Assembly: GCA_046331525.1 (NCBI GenBank)
Contig: JAXLQQ010000014.1
Coordinates: 10,296-74,295 of the forward strand
Direction of reading: 5' to 3'
DNA: 64,000 nt
DNA from: Blastocatellia bacterium
GTDB taxonomy: Bacteria; Acidobacteriota; Blastocatellia; RBC074
Position 1 is the first letter of the stretch. Each line of letters opens with the position of its first letter. The notes beneath the pieces are model-generated. The model saw nothing but the letters and a program-made list of their open reading frames with translations, did no database searches and had not been told where the DNA came from. Positions 28,810-38,838 of this stretch are shown here, one piece after another. The position numbers and the translations under genes are program-made.

Positions 28810-29097
28810 CTAAGAAGACGATCTTTGTTGCATCCGATCTGATCCTGCCACCTTTACCAGTTTGTTATAAACGCCCAGTAATAAGAAAGGCGAAACCCAT
28901 TGCCCGACAAAGCGGCTTTTTTCGTCATTGCCAGCCAACTGCAAAATGGCCGAAACGCCTATCGCGCCGACCGCCGCCCAAAGAAAAAGATCAGAGGGCA
29001 ACTTAGCCGTTTGCTGTTCAATAGTACGGGCAATCGGCCCTTCGGCATGTTGGGCCGCCTCATCTCGTTCACGTGTCTGTTGTTTTGTTGGTGTCAT
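28810..29097 (-). CDS. hypothetical small membrane protein
   Basis: Start set at MTPTKQQ (ATG 29097, AGGAAG RBS). One or two TM segments (LFLWAAVGAIGVSAILQLAG, VSPFLLLGVY). I recognise no family. Confidence 0.5.
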   Translation of the reverse strand: MTPTKQQTRERDEAAQHAEGPIARTIEQQTAKLPSDLFLWAAVGAIGVSAILQLAGNDEKSRFVGQWVSPFLLLGVYNKLVKVAGSDRMQQRSSS

Positions 29098-29694
29098 AAT
29101 TTTTGCTTCCTTTCTTTTGATTCGTAGCAATTTCCTTAAAAACTCTGTCTGCTTGCCACAGCAGAATTCTTTGCACAAATTTCCATTGTAGGCTTTACCG
29201 AATTAACCCTCGGTTTTCAGCAAACCACATACCACGCTCAACCCGCTGTGCCAGCTCTTTCTTAGTAGTAAACCGTTACACCGCCTGAGCAAACGAGGGA
29301 ATGGGATTCCCTGCTGTCACGCGATTTATCGCAGCGCTTCAGAATAGAGCAAGTAATAATTTGTGGTACGCATCTTGCTTTTAAAGGAAACGTCGAAGTA
29401 GTTAATAATTGGATGTTAGCTGTAATTCCCCAGATTGCGCTTGCTCTTTATTAACGATGATTTTTTTGCTTCGTTAGCTTAGGAAAGAAAAATCACCAGA
29501 CAGGTGAATGACAGGAATGCAACCCTCCGTCTTTGCTATAGCCTGTGTTTGGTGCGTATATACAAAAAAGTCTAATTAATAAATTCCAGCATAACTAAAT
29601 TTTGGTTGTAGGTAGTTCGCTAAACTATCTACTCCGCTACCAGTAACTCGCTACGCTAGCTTACATAGAGTAATAAGTTGGCCAGGGGCATATT

Positions 29695-30564
29695 GTGGCT
29701 AATCAAAAAAAAGGAACGCTCATTATCATTGGCGGACGCGAAGACAAAGAGAATGGGAAAGTGATCTTGCGCGAAGTTGCACGACGGGTAGCAAACGGCA
29801 AATTAGTGGTTTGTACTGCCGCCACGCAACATCCTGACGAGATGTTTCAGGATTACGAACGCGTCTTTCGCAAAGTCGGTATTAAGCATCTTTCGCATTT
29901 GCATGTTACTTCGCGCGACGAGGCAAAGGACGAAAAAAAATGGCGCATGTTGGAAGACGCCAGAGCCGTTTTTTTTACAGGCGGCGATCAATTAAAGATC
30001 ACCAGTCAAATCGGCGATACACCGTGTTTTGAAATGACACACCAGGTGTATGAAAAAGGAGGCATTATCGCTGGCACCAGCGCAGGCGCTTCAGTGATGT
30101 GCGAAACGATGATGGTGTCGGGGTTGGGCGATGCGTCACATCGGCTAAGCAATGCTGTCAGTATGGCTCCGGGGTTTGGCTTCATTCACGGCGTCGTCAT
30201 TGACCAACATTTTGCCGAACGCGGACGCATTGGGCGGTTGCTCGGCACCATTGCACAAAATCCGAAAAATATTGGCATCGGCATTGATGAAGATACGGCC
30301 ATTGTGGTGGAAGGCGATAAAGATTTTTACGTTATTGGCTCCGGTACAGTTTACGTCATTGATTGCCGCGATATGACGGGTTCCAACATAGCGGATGAAG
30401 ACTTAAACCAGACGCTGGCCGTTTACGACGTGCGGCTGCATTTGCTTAATCATGAAGATTTCTTCGACCTGCACGAGCGGCGTCCCAAACACATGACGCC
30501 CGAAGAAATCAAAGCCAGGATGCCGCAGCCAAAAGTACGCAGCAGTCAGCAGGAGGAAAAATGA
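29695..30564 (+). CDS. cphB: cyanophycinase (peptidase S51)
   Basis: 289 aa from GTG 29695. GTLIIIGGREDK, FFTGGDQLKI, GTSAGASVM (Ser nucleophile context), GIGIDEDTA. Its stop overlaps the cphA start (ATGA). Confidence 0.9.
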   Translation: MANQKKGTLIIIGGREDKENGKVILREVARRVANGKLVVCTAATQHPDEMFQDYERVFRKVGIKHLSHLHVTSRDEAKDEKKWRMLEDARAVFFTGGDQLKITSQIGDTPCFEMTHQVYEKGGIIAGTSAGASVMCETMMVSGLGDASHRLSNAVSMAPGFGFIHGVVIDQHFAERGRIGRLLGTIAQNPKNIGIGIDEDTAIVVEGDKDFYVIGSGTVYVIDCRDMTGSNIADEDLNQTLAVYDVRLHLLNHEDFFDLHERRPKHMTPEEIKARMPQPKVRSSQQEEK

Positions 30565-33227
30565 AAATCGGTACGATCCGCGCCTTACGCGGCCCGAATA
30601 TTTACAGTTATCAGCCAACGCTGGTGATGGAACTACAACTGGAAGAATTGACTGGCAGGGAGAGCTATGACATCCCCGGTTTTATTGACCCCCTGCTCAC
30701 ACTATTGCCAGGCATGCACGATCATCATTGTGCCTTGGGCGCGCCCGGTGGTTTTATCCAACGTCTGCACGGCGGCACCTGGTTCGGCCATATCGTCGAA
30801 CACGTCGCGCTGGAATTAACCGAACTCGCGGGCGTGCCGGTTTTTCACGGCAAGACGCGCGCCGCGCATACAGCAGGTCAATTCAACGTCGCCGTTGAAT
30901 ATCGCGCCGAAAAAGGCACGGAATATTTGCTGCGCGCCGCAGTGGATTTGGTTGAAGCGTTGGTCAAAGGCGAACCCTACCCGCTGGCGGAAACGATCAG
31001 TGAGGCAAAACGCATTATTGCGCGCACCGAACTCGGCCCCAGCACGCACGCCATTGTCACGGCTGCCGAACAGCGCGGCATTCCGTGGCGACGCCTGAAC
31101 GAAGACAGTTTGGTGCAATTCGGCTATGGCAAACATCGCAAGTGGATTGCCGCCGCGCTGACATCGCAAACCAGCGCGCTTGCCGTCGAAACCGCATCGG
31201 ACAAAGACCTCACGAAACAATTGCTCGCTGCCGCTGGCTTGCCCGTGCCGCAGGGCGCGATTGTGCATTCAGCAGAGGAAGCCATCGGCGTAATGGAATG
31301 GTTGCATAAACCCGTCGCGGTCAAACCTTACAACGGTTGTCAGGGCAAAGGCGTCTCGCTCAATCTCTACACGCCGGAACAGGTGGTCGAGGCGTTTCAC
31401 ATTGCGCACGAACATTCACCGGATGTGCTGGTCGAAGAGTTATTCGTCGGACGCGACTTTCGCGCGCTGATCGTTAACGGCAAACTCATTGCTGCCAGTG
31501 AACGACTGCCGGCCCAGGTCATCGGCGATGGCGTGCATTCGATTGCCGAACTGATTGAAATCGAAAACCGCAACCCACTACGCGGCGAAGGTCACGCGGC
31601 GGCGCTCACGAAAATTGCCATTGACGAGGTGATGACCGCGCATTTGCAAAAGAGCAGTTATGCGCCGGACAGCATTCCAGGCAAAGGCGAACAAGTCTGG
31701 CTCCGGCAAAATGCGAATCTCTCGCAGGGCGGCACGGCTGTAGACGTAACGGACATTGTGCATCCACAGGTGCGACAAGTTTGTGAGCGAGCCGCACGGG
31801 TGATCGGGTTAGATATTTGCGGCATTGATCTGGTGTTGCACGACATCAGCGAACCCATCAAAAAAATTGGGGCCGGCATCATCGAGGTGAACGCTGCGCC
31901 GGGGCTGCGCATGCACACGTCGCCTAGCATTGGCCAACCGCGCGATGTCGGTGCTGCTATCATCGAAATGATGTATCCAGCCGATGTCACCATCGACGCC
32001 CGCATCCCTATCGTTTCCATTACAGGTACGAATGGTAAGACGACAATTACACGACTGATTGCGCGACTGCTGGCTGACACGGGCGTGCGCGTAGGAATGA
32101 CCACAACGGACGGCATTTATTTGAATGACGAATTAATTGCGCCCGGCGACACGACCGGCCCTCGCTCCACGCGAACTATCCTGTCGGAACCAACTGTAGA
32201 TGCAGCAGTGTTAGAAGTCGCACGCGGCGGCATCGTGCGCGGCGGGCTGGGGTATGACTGGTCAGATATTTCAGTGCTGAGCAATATTCAGGCGGATCAT
32301 CTCGGCCAGGATGGCATTAACACGATTGACGATTTGCTCTTTATCAAATCGCTGGTGGCTGAACGAGTGCGCGCGGGTGGCACTTTGATTTTGAACGCCG
32401 ATGATGAACGACTGGCACAATTGGCTGAACACCCGCGCATTAGCAAAGTGCCGAAACAGATTGTGTACTACTCGCTCGACGCTAACCATCCACTGATCCG
32501 ACACAGCCCAACGGCTTACACGGTGCGCGACGGCTGGCTGATTGAACGTGCCAACGGTCAGGAAACGCGCGTGATCGAAGCGACGGCGGTGCCGCTAACG
32601 CTGGGCGGTGCGTTGCCTTATCAAATCTCGAACGTGCTGGCGGCACTGGCGGCGGCGCGTGCATATGGCCTGGGCCTTGAACAAATCGCTACTACATTGC
32701 AGCAAAGCACCGGCATAACGCATAACGCAGGCCGCGCGAATCTTTATCGCGTTGGCCAGGGGCGCGTGCTGGTGGATTATGGCCACAATCCGCAAGCCTT
32801 CGCTGCGGTGGGGCAAGCCTTGCGCGTCTTGCAACCCTCCCGCTTCACGGGCGTGATTGGTGTTCCCGGTGATCGCAATAACGAAGTCATTCAACAGGCA
32901 GGACAGGCCGCCGCCCAACATTTCGACCGCGTGATTATCAAGGAAGATCAGGATTTGCGCGGCAGAACAAGTGGCGAAGTCGCACACCTGCTGTGTCGCG
33001 CGGCAAACGATGCCCGCCCCGATCTGCAATGTCGTTTGATCCTCAATGAACAGAATGCGCTGGAAGTGGCCATTCGTGAAATGCAACCTAATGAGATTGT
33101 GGCGATCTTTTATGAAAAGCTCGCGCCAATCCTGCAAATCCTGGAGCGTTATCAGGCCGTGCCAGAAGAAGTGATCAGCGCGCAGCAGGTCACCCTGCGC
33201 CACAGTCTCGCCGGAGTCAAACGATGA
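30561..33227 (+). CDS. cphA: cyanophycin synthetase
   Basis: 888 aa. N-terminal MKIGTIRALRGPNIYS. ATP-grasp region KPVAVKPYNGCQGKGVSLNL. Mur-ligase-like P-loop ITGTNGKTTITRLIA. Confidence 0.95.
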   Translation: MKIGTIRALRGPNIYSYQPTLVMELQLEELTGRESYDIPGFIDPLLTLLPGMHDHHCALGAPGGFIQRLHGGTWFGHIVEHVALELTELAGVPVFHGKTRAAHTAGQFNVAVEYRAEKGTEYLLRAAVDLVEALVKGEPYPLAETISEAKRIIARTELGPSTHAIVTAAEQRGIPWRRLNEDSLVQFGYGKHRKWIAAALTSQTSALAVETASDKDLTKQLLAAAGLPVPQGAIVHSAEEAIGVMEWLHKPVAVKPYNGCQGKGVSLNLYTPEQVVEAFHIAHEHSPDVLVEELFVGRDFRALIVNGKLIAASERLPAQVIGDGVHSIAELIEIENRNPLRGEGHAAALTKIAIDEVMTAHLQKSSYAPDSIPGKGEQVWLRQNANLSQGGTAVDVTDIVHPQVRQVCERAARVIGLDICGIDLVLHDISEPIKKIGAGIIEVNAAPGLRMHTSPSIGQPRDVGAAIIEMMYPADVTIDARIPIVSITGTNGKTTITRLIARLLADTGVRVGMTTTDGIYLNDELIAPGDTTGPRSTRTILSEPTVDAAVLEVARGGIVRGGLGYDWSDISVLSNIQADHLGQDGINTIDDLLFIKSLVAERVRAGGTLILNADDERLAQLAEHPRISKVPKQIVYYSLDANHPLIRHSPTAYTVRDGWLIERANGQETRVIEATAVPLTLGGALPYQISNVLAALAAARAYGLGLEQIATTLQQSTGITHNAGRANLYRVGQGRVLVDYGHNPQAFAAVGQALRVLQPSRFTGVIGVPGDRNNEVIQQAGQAAAQHFDRVIIKEDQDLRGRTSGEVAHLLCRAANDARPDLQCRLILNEQNALEVAIREMQPNEIVAIFYEKLAPILQILERYQAVPEEVISAQQVTLRHSLAGVKR

Positions 33228-34375
33228 TGGTGCTGATAGAAAACGGCGAACTATACGCGCCGGAACCGCTGGAGCAGGCTGCGCTGCTGATCGTGGGCGA
33301 CAAAATCGTAAAAATAGGCGAGGTGGATCGGCAGGCATTGGACGCGCTCGCACTGGAGTACGAATACATTGACGCCACCGATTGTGTTGTTACGCCCGGC
33401 CTAATTGATCCGCACGAACATTTGCTGGGCGGCAGCGGTGAACGCGGTTTTAGCACACAGACGCCGGAAATCACGTTGCGCGAAATCGTTACGGCGGGCA
33501 TTACGACCGTTGTCGGCTGTCTTGGTGTAGATACTTCGATGAAAACGATGGCGGGCTTGCTGGCCAAAGCCAAAGCCCTGCGCGAAGACGGCTTGACCGC
33601 TTATATCTGGTCAGGCGGTTATGACGTGCCGCCGATTACGATTACCAAATCGGTGCGCGACGATTTGCTGTTTATTGACGAAGTGATTGGTGCAGGGGAA
33701 ATTGCCATCTCCGACATACGCGCAACCAGTCACGATTTGCTCGCGCTGGCGCGGCTGGTATCCGATGCATATGTGGGCGGATTACTCAGCGGCAAAGCAG
33801 GGATCACACACGTCCACGTCGGCGATGAACCAGGACGCCTTCAGCCCTTGCGAAAGCTGGTCGAGAAGTTTTCCATTCGCCCTGAATGGCTCTATCCCAC
33901 GCACATCGAACGTAATGAGGCATTGCTGCGCGAAGCGATTGAATGGGCTTCGCGCGGCGCGTTCGTGGATATTGATGTCGTGGAAAACGACCTGGCGCAA
34001 TGGCTGCGATTTTATCGTGAGCACGGCGGCGATATGCGCCAATTGACCCTCTCCTCCGACGCGGCTATTACCAGCCCGCGCCAGCTCTACGAACAACTGC
34101 GTCTTGCTGTCCTCAATCACGGCTTCAATCTTGCAGACGTATTGCCGCTGCTAACTACTAACCCAGCGCGTGCGCTAAGGCTCAGCAGCAAAGGGCGGCT
34201 TGCTGACGGGTATGATGCGGACGTATTAGTAATGCGCCAGCCATCACTGGCGCTCGTAGAAGTAATTGCGCGCGGGCGACGGTTAGTACAGGAAGGAAAG
34301 TTAACGGTTATAGAAGGGTTCGCCCAAAGTTCAGGTTTCAACCGGAAGAGCTGGACACCCAATTCTTCCGGTTGA
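33224..34375 (+). CDS. iadA: isoaspartyl dipeptidase (beta-aspartyl peptidase)
   Basis: 383 aa. Amidohydrolase fold with VTPGLIDPHEHLLGGSGE and GAGEIAISD. Its start overlaps the cphA stop (ATGA). Confidence 0.85.
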   Translation: MMVLIENGELYAPEPLEQAALLIVGDKIVKIGEVDRQALDALALEYEYIDATDCVVTPGLIDPHEHLLGGSGERGFSTQTPEITLREIVTAGITTVVGCLGVDTSMKTMAGLLAKAKALREDGLTAYIWSGGYDVPPITITKSVRDDLLFIDEVIGAGEIAISDIRATSHDLLALARLVSDAYVGGLLSGKAGITHVHVGDEPGRLQPLRKLVEKFSIRPEWLYPTHIERNEALLREAIEWASRGAFVDIDVVENDLAQWLRFYREHGGDMRQLTLSSDAAITSPRQLYEQLRLAVLNHGFNLADVLPLLTTNPARALRLSSKGRLADGYDADVLVMRQPSLALVEVIARGRRLVQEGKLTVIEGFAQSSGFNRKSWTPNSSG

Positions 34376-34412
34376 ACTATACCTGTCTGATGCCAGGATA
34401 GGGCTTGTTGAC

Positions 34413-35072
34413 TTACTTGCGCCCTGACTTGGTAGCATTAACGCCGACTTTAGCCGCGATGTCGCGCGCCATTTGTTGGTGTTCGCGCAGGGTGGGCAAT
34501 GTTTTTGCAGCAAAAGCCTTCAGGTCGGCATCATTGCCGCTATTTGCTTCTTTCTCAAATAACGCGATGTCTTTTTCGTGATCCTTGAGTTGACTGCGCA
34601 TATACTCCCGGTCAAATTCTGCACCGGAAAGTTTCATCATACGGTTCATCATTTCGCGTTCTTTGCCTTTCAGCGCCATCTGCTGTTCGGTCATTTTCAT
34701 GCCGGATTGGTTAGTGTTCTGCGTATTCATTTGCCCCATTTTGGAACTGTCTGACATCTTGATGCCTTTCGTTTCGGCCAACTGCATCAGTTCCTGATTT
34801 GCTTTGGAATGATCGTCCACCATCCGCTGGGCAAAATTTTTCACGTCCTGATTAGCTGCGCGTTCCACAGCCATTTGCCCGAAAGCAACTTCCGCCATCC
34901 CGCCGACTGCCGCTTCTTCGACAAAATGATGATCGGCACTGCTAGTACGCATCGTGTTCGTTTTCATGTCTTGCTTGGTTGCTTGCCGCGATGATTGAGT
35001 ATCGCTTTGCGACAGCACCGTTCCCGTAGCGAACAATAAGATCGCTACGGGAAAGTAAAATTTGTTCTTCAT
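34413..35072 (-). CDS. DUF4142 domain protein, secreted
   Basis: Start set at MKNKFYF (ATG 35072). Signal peptide. Repeats around DHHFVEEAAVGGMAEVAFGQMA...FAQRMVDDHSKANQEL and DREYMRSQLKDHEKDIALFE...FAAKTLPTLREHQQMA. Confidence 0.8.
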   Translation of the reverse strand: MKNKFYFPVAILLFATGTVLSQSDTQSSRQATKQDMKTNTMRTSSADHHFVEEAAVGGMAEVAFGQMAVERAANQDVKNFAQRMVDDHSKANQELMQLAETKGIKMSDSSKMGQMNTQNTNQSGMKMTEQQMALKGKEREMMNRMMKLSGAEFDREYMRSQLKDHEKDIALFEKEANSGNDADLKAFAAKTLPTLREHQQMARDIAAKVGVNATKSGRK

Positions 35073-35157
35073 ACCTAAATACTCCTTCTTGGTTACTTGA
35101 TGGTTGATAGATACTCGGCACCCCGGTAGCCGTGTAAAAGAATCTTTGCTAAGCGGC

Positions 35158-35391
35158 TCATACCTGATCAGCCGCACCGCTAACGCCCGACTGTCGCGCA
35201 CAATTCGCGCAGCAATAAAAGGTGTGATTTGCTTCGATGCCGTGCCCGACAATCTTGCAGCCGCAGTGAGCGCAGACCGGAGCCAGCTTATGAATTGCAC
35301 ACTCAAAGCTATCGAAAACGTGTTTACTGCCTGCGGTAATTACTTCAAAGGATAAGTAATAGTCATTTCCACAGACCTCACATTGCGCCAT
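35158..35391 (-). CDS. small cysteine-rich (putative metal-binding) protein
   Basis: Start set at MAQCEVCG (ATG 35391, AGGAGG RBS). 77 aa with nine Cys: CEVC, FECAIH, CAHCGC, YCCANC. Confidence 0.6.
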   Translation of the reverse strand: MAQCEVCGNDYYLSFEVITAGSKHVFDSFECAIHKLAPVCAHCGCKIVGHGIEANHTFYCCANCARQSGVSGAADQV

Positions 35392-35911
35392 AAAACCTCC
35401 TGTTTCAGCAGCGGCAAAGCGGTGAGGTTTTCCGGCTGCAATCTTCTTTATGGTAAATCGGCTAAGCAACATTAATTTGTATGTAAGGTTAAGCTCCTGT
35501 TGATTCTGCTTGTCCGTTAGTCGAAGACAGCGCAGCAAACAAGATACTTGCTATACATACTACTGGCCTCGTTCTTACCTCTTTTTCTTACTTTACAGAC
35601 TTGAGAAAAGGTAAAAGTTTTAAATTTACTTGTGCCCAATTTGCAAACACACCATCTCTGATCTGGTGTCTAATAACCTTCCGTTTGCAACTTCTATGCC
35701 CTCTGTTATGAGCCGCAACTGTAGCTTAAACGAACATTTCGGCTCAGGCATACGCATTGCACTGTGATAGCTGGTGATACAGGCAAGCAGAGGGTTAGTT
35801 GCACTACTTCTTCCAGGGCTGCGAAGGTAATAGCTTAAGTAAAAACCAAGGCGCGAGAATAAGAAAAACTACAATCAGCTTAGTTAAGCAAGAAAGTAAT
35901 TTGGTATTGGT

Positions 35912-37204
35912 ATGAGTATTATTTGTAGAGCAAAAAAAGCAGCAATTCCTATTTTTTCTTTTTTCTTTTTCTTAACTACTCTTTTCTTACTTTCCGCTTG
36001 CCAGCCACCCAAACCAACCGCGCAGGAACCAATTCTGGAAGTATCAACAATTAGTAAAGAAGTGGGGCCCTGGAAAGTAGTGGCTGGAGAAGAAATTAGC
36101 TTTTCAGTCACTGCACCGGGCGCGAAAGAAGTGAAAATCGTTTACCGTCCAGTTAGTGCCGTGAACCGGTACGCGGAACTGGGCACCGTAACCAATTCGG
36201 ATAACGCAGGAAAGTTCCTGTTACAGTGGAAGCCGAATGCCGATTTTACCGGCGATGTGTGGGCTGAAGCGACGTGGGACGAAGGGATAAAAATGCGTTC
36301 CAATGTCCTGGCATTGGCAACCGAAGACGCCATCAACCCGGGCGGCCAAATTCCGTTGGAGAATATTGGTAATTCAGTAGGCACCAATGAATCAGCGCGT
36401 TCTGACAAATTAACTGGCGGTAAGCTGGCCAAACCATCTCTGGCACCGGGCGATGGGCGCATTTGGATCACAGTTGACGTGCCCGCTTTTCGTCTGACGC
36501 TATGGCAAAACGGGAAGGAAGTTACGACTTATCAAATCGGCGTTGGGCGGTTGGATTATCAGTTGCCAGTGGGCGAGCGTAAAGCAACCGAGATTGTCTG
36601 GAATCCCGATTGGATTCCGCCCGATTCCAAATGGGTCACGGATGTCGAACCGGGCGAAAAAATTGAGGCGGACGATCCGCGCAATCCTTTAGGGAAAGTT
36701 AAAATCCGGCTGGGCAATGGCATTCTTATTCACGAAGCCGCCAAGCCCACGGACATTGGCCGTCTGGCGTCACACGGTTGTGTGCGGATGCTGACAGATG
36801 ACCTTTATGATCTAACGGAAAAGATCGTCGCGGCGCGCAAACTGCCCGTCAGCCAGCAACAGATCGAAGCCGCCAAACACAACACCGAACGATTGGCAAT
36901 CAAACTTGATCCGCCGCTTTGGGTGGATGTGAACTATGACACGCACGTCGTCGAAGGCGGGCGCTTGCACTTATATCCCGACGTTTATAAACGCGACAAA
37001 GATCGCTTAGCTACGTTGCGCCAGACGCTGAATGAAAATGGCGTGACGCAAAGCGATGACGCCTTGCTGAAAGAATTGCTCGCGCGCGTAACGCGGAAAG
37101 AAGAATTTCAGGTCAGTCTCGCCGACCTGAAAGCCGGTCGCGCGCTGGAGGCCGGCCACACTGTGCCCTTGGTGGACGTGCCAGAACGCAAACCGGAAGC
37201 TTAG
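35912..37204 (+). CDS. L,D-transpeptidase (YkuD) family lipoprotein
   Basis: 430 aa. Lipobox-like LFLLSAC. Catalytic motif LASHGCVRM. Confidence 0.85.
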   Translation: MSIICRAKKAAIPIFSFFFFLTTLFLLSACQPPKPTAQEPILEVSTISKEVGPWKVVAGEEISFSVTAPGAKEVKIVYRPVSAVNRYAELGTVTNSDNAGKFLLQWKPNADFTGDVWAEATWDEGIKMRSNVLALATEDAINPGGQIPLENIGNSVGTNESARSDKLTGGKLAKPSLAPGDGRIWITVDVPAFRLTLWQNGKEVTTYQIGVGRLDYQLPVGERKATEIVWNPDWIPPDSKWVTDVEPGEKIEADDPRNPLGKVKIRLGNGILIHEAAKPTDIGRLASHGCVRMLTDDLYDLTEKIVAARKLPVSQQQIEAAKHNTERLAIKLDPPLWVDVNYDTHVVEGGRLHLYPDVYKRDKDRLATLRQTLNENGVTQSDDALLKELLARVTRKEEFQVSLADLKAGRALEAGHTVPLVDVPERKPEA

Positions 37205-37250
37205 CTGACGCCTGCGACTTGCTGATAACCTGCTGACCAAAGGATGCCTT

Positions 37251-38066
37251 ATGACAGCCAAAGAATCTCTTGCCCCGGCACCTGCAAAAAAAATTGAGTG
37301 GGGTTTACCAAAAATCTTTACCAACACCTTTGCCTGGTTTGGTGAATTGGGATTGTTCGTAATGCGGTTCCTGCGCGCAGCCCTGACGCCACCGTATGAA
37401 GGGAAGGAGTTGTTGCGGCAGATGGATGAAATCGGCGCGCGTTCGTTGCCGCTCGTGGCGCTTGCAGGCGGAGCAATTGGCGTTGTTTTGTCCCTGCAAA
37501 CGCGCGATAGCCTCGTGCGCTTTGGCGCTAAGGCGGTGCTGCCGATGGTGATTGTTACCTCCATCATCAAAGAGAGCGGGCCGATTATCACGGCGCTGGT
37601 GATGAGCGGGCGCACGGGCGCAGGCATTGGTGCAGAACTAGGTTCGATGAAGGTGAGCGAGCAGATTGATGCGATTGAAGCTTCTGCGGTTGATCCACAT
37701 AAATTCCTGGTCGTAACGCGCATTCTGGCGTGTATGTTGATGGTGCCGCTGTTGACGCTGGCGGCAGATTTCTGTGGGATTTTTACAGGCTGGCTGGCCG
37801 CGACGCTGGCGGACGCAACGCCGTTGCGACTGTTTCTTAACAATGGCTTTGAGAATGTCGGCTTTGATGACCTGCTGCCATCGCTTTTCAAGGCACTGGT
37901 GTTCGGTTTCATCATTGGGTTGATGGGGTGCTTTCAGGGGATGCGCGCGGCGGGCGGGACGGAAGGCGTCGGGCGTGCTTCGACCAGTGCTGTAGTCCTG
38001 GCCTCGTTGTTTGTGATTCTGGCCGATGTCGTGCTGGTGCGGTTGATCATTATGTTGTTTCCCTAG
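37251..38066 (+). CDS. mlaE: MlaE-family ABC transporter permease
   Basis: 271 aa. EIGARSLPLVALAGGAIGVVLSLQT..., ESGPIITALVMSGRTGAGIGAELGSMKVSEQIDA is typical of MlaE/Ttg2B. Confidence 0.9.
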   Translation: MTAKESLAPAPAKKIEWGLPKIFTNTFAWFGELGLFVMRFLRAALTPPYEGKELLRQMDEIGARSLPLVALAGGAIGVVLSLQTRDSLVRFGAKAVLPMVIVTSIIKESGPIITALVMSGRTGAGIGAELGSMKVSEQIDAIEASAVDPHKFLVVTRILACMLMVPLLTLAADFCGIFTGWLAATLADATPLRLFLNNGFENVGFDDLLPSLFKALVFGFIIGLMGCFQGMRAAGGTEGVGRASTSAVVLASLFVILADVVLVRLIIMLFP

Positions 38067-38079
38067 CGAAAAAAAGAAT

Positions 38080-38838
38080 ATGCCAAACGATATAAATGAG
38101 CCGGTAATTCGCATGCACAATTTGCGCAAAGCCTTTGGTCAGCAGGTGGTGTTGCAGGATGTCAGCCTGAATGTTCCCCAAGGTCAAACGTTGATGGTGC
38201 TGGGTCGTAGCGGAATGGGCAAAAGTGTCTTGCTCAAAATTTTAATCGGTTTGCAAAAGCCGGATGCAGGCACGATTGAAATCAAAGATCAGGAGGTCAC
38301 AGCGCTGCCGCTCAAGGAATTGAATGAAGTGCGCAAAAAAATGGGCTTTCTCTTCCAGCACGCCGCGCTGTATGACTCGCTGACGGTGGAAGAAAACGTC
38401 GCGTTTCCGCTACGCCGTCACACCAAAATGAGCCAGCAGGAACGACAGGAGCGCGTACGGTCATTGCTGGCACGCGTGGGGATGGAAGACGCGATGAAGA
38501 AAATGCCAGCCAACATTTCCGGCGGGATGAAAAAGCGTGTGGGGCTGGCGCGGGCGCTGGCGCTTGATCCTGAAATTATGTTGCTCGATGAACCAAATGC
38601 CGGGCTTGATCCCATCACGGCAGCAGAAATTGACGAATTGATCCGCGATTTGCAACGTGAACGCGGCATCACGTCCGTCGTTGTCACGCACGATATGAAC
38701 AGTGTGCGTACCAGCGCGGATCGCGTGGCGCTGTTGAATAAAGGCCGCATCGTGCTGGAAGGCACGCCCGACGATTTACAACAAAGTGATGATCCCTTTG
38801 TCGTGCGTTTTGTGCAGGGAAAGGGGGAGGAAAACTAA
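38080..38838 (+). CDS. mlaF: MlaF-like ABC transporter ATP-binding protein
   Basis: Walker A GRSGMGKS, signature ISGGMKKRVGLARAL, Walker B IMLLDEPNAGLD. Confidence 0.9.
   Translation: MPNDINEPVIRMHNLRKAFGQQVVLQDVSLNVPQGQTLMVLGRSGMGKSVLLKILIGLQKPDAGTIEIKDQEVTALPLKELNEVRKKMGFLFQHAALYDSLTVEENVAFPLRRHTKMSQQERQERVRSLLARVGMEDAMKKMPANISGGMKKRVGLARALALDPEIMLLDEPNAGLDPITAAEIDELIRDLQRERGITSVVVTHDMNSVRTSADRVALLNKGRIVLEGTPDDLQQSDDPFVVRFVQGKGEEN

Noticed and set aside
37007-37915. 302-aa ORF antisense to the end of the L,D-transpeptidase gene and to mlaE
   Set aside because: It is low-complexity Ser/Ala/Arg-rich, has no recognisable motifs and overlaps two strongly supported genes on the opposite strand.
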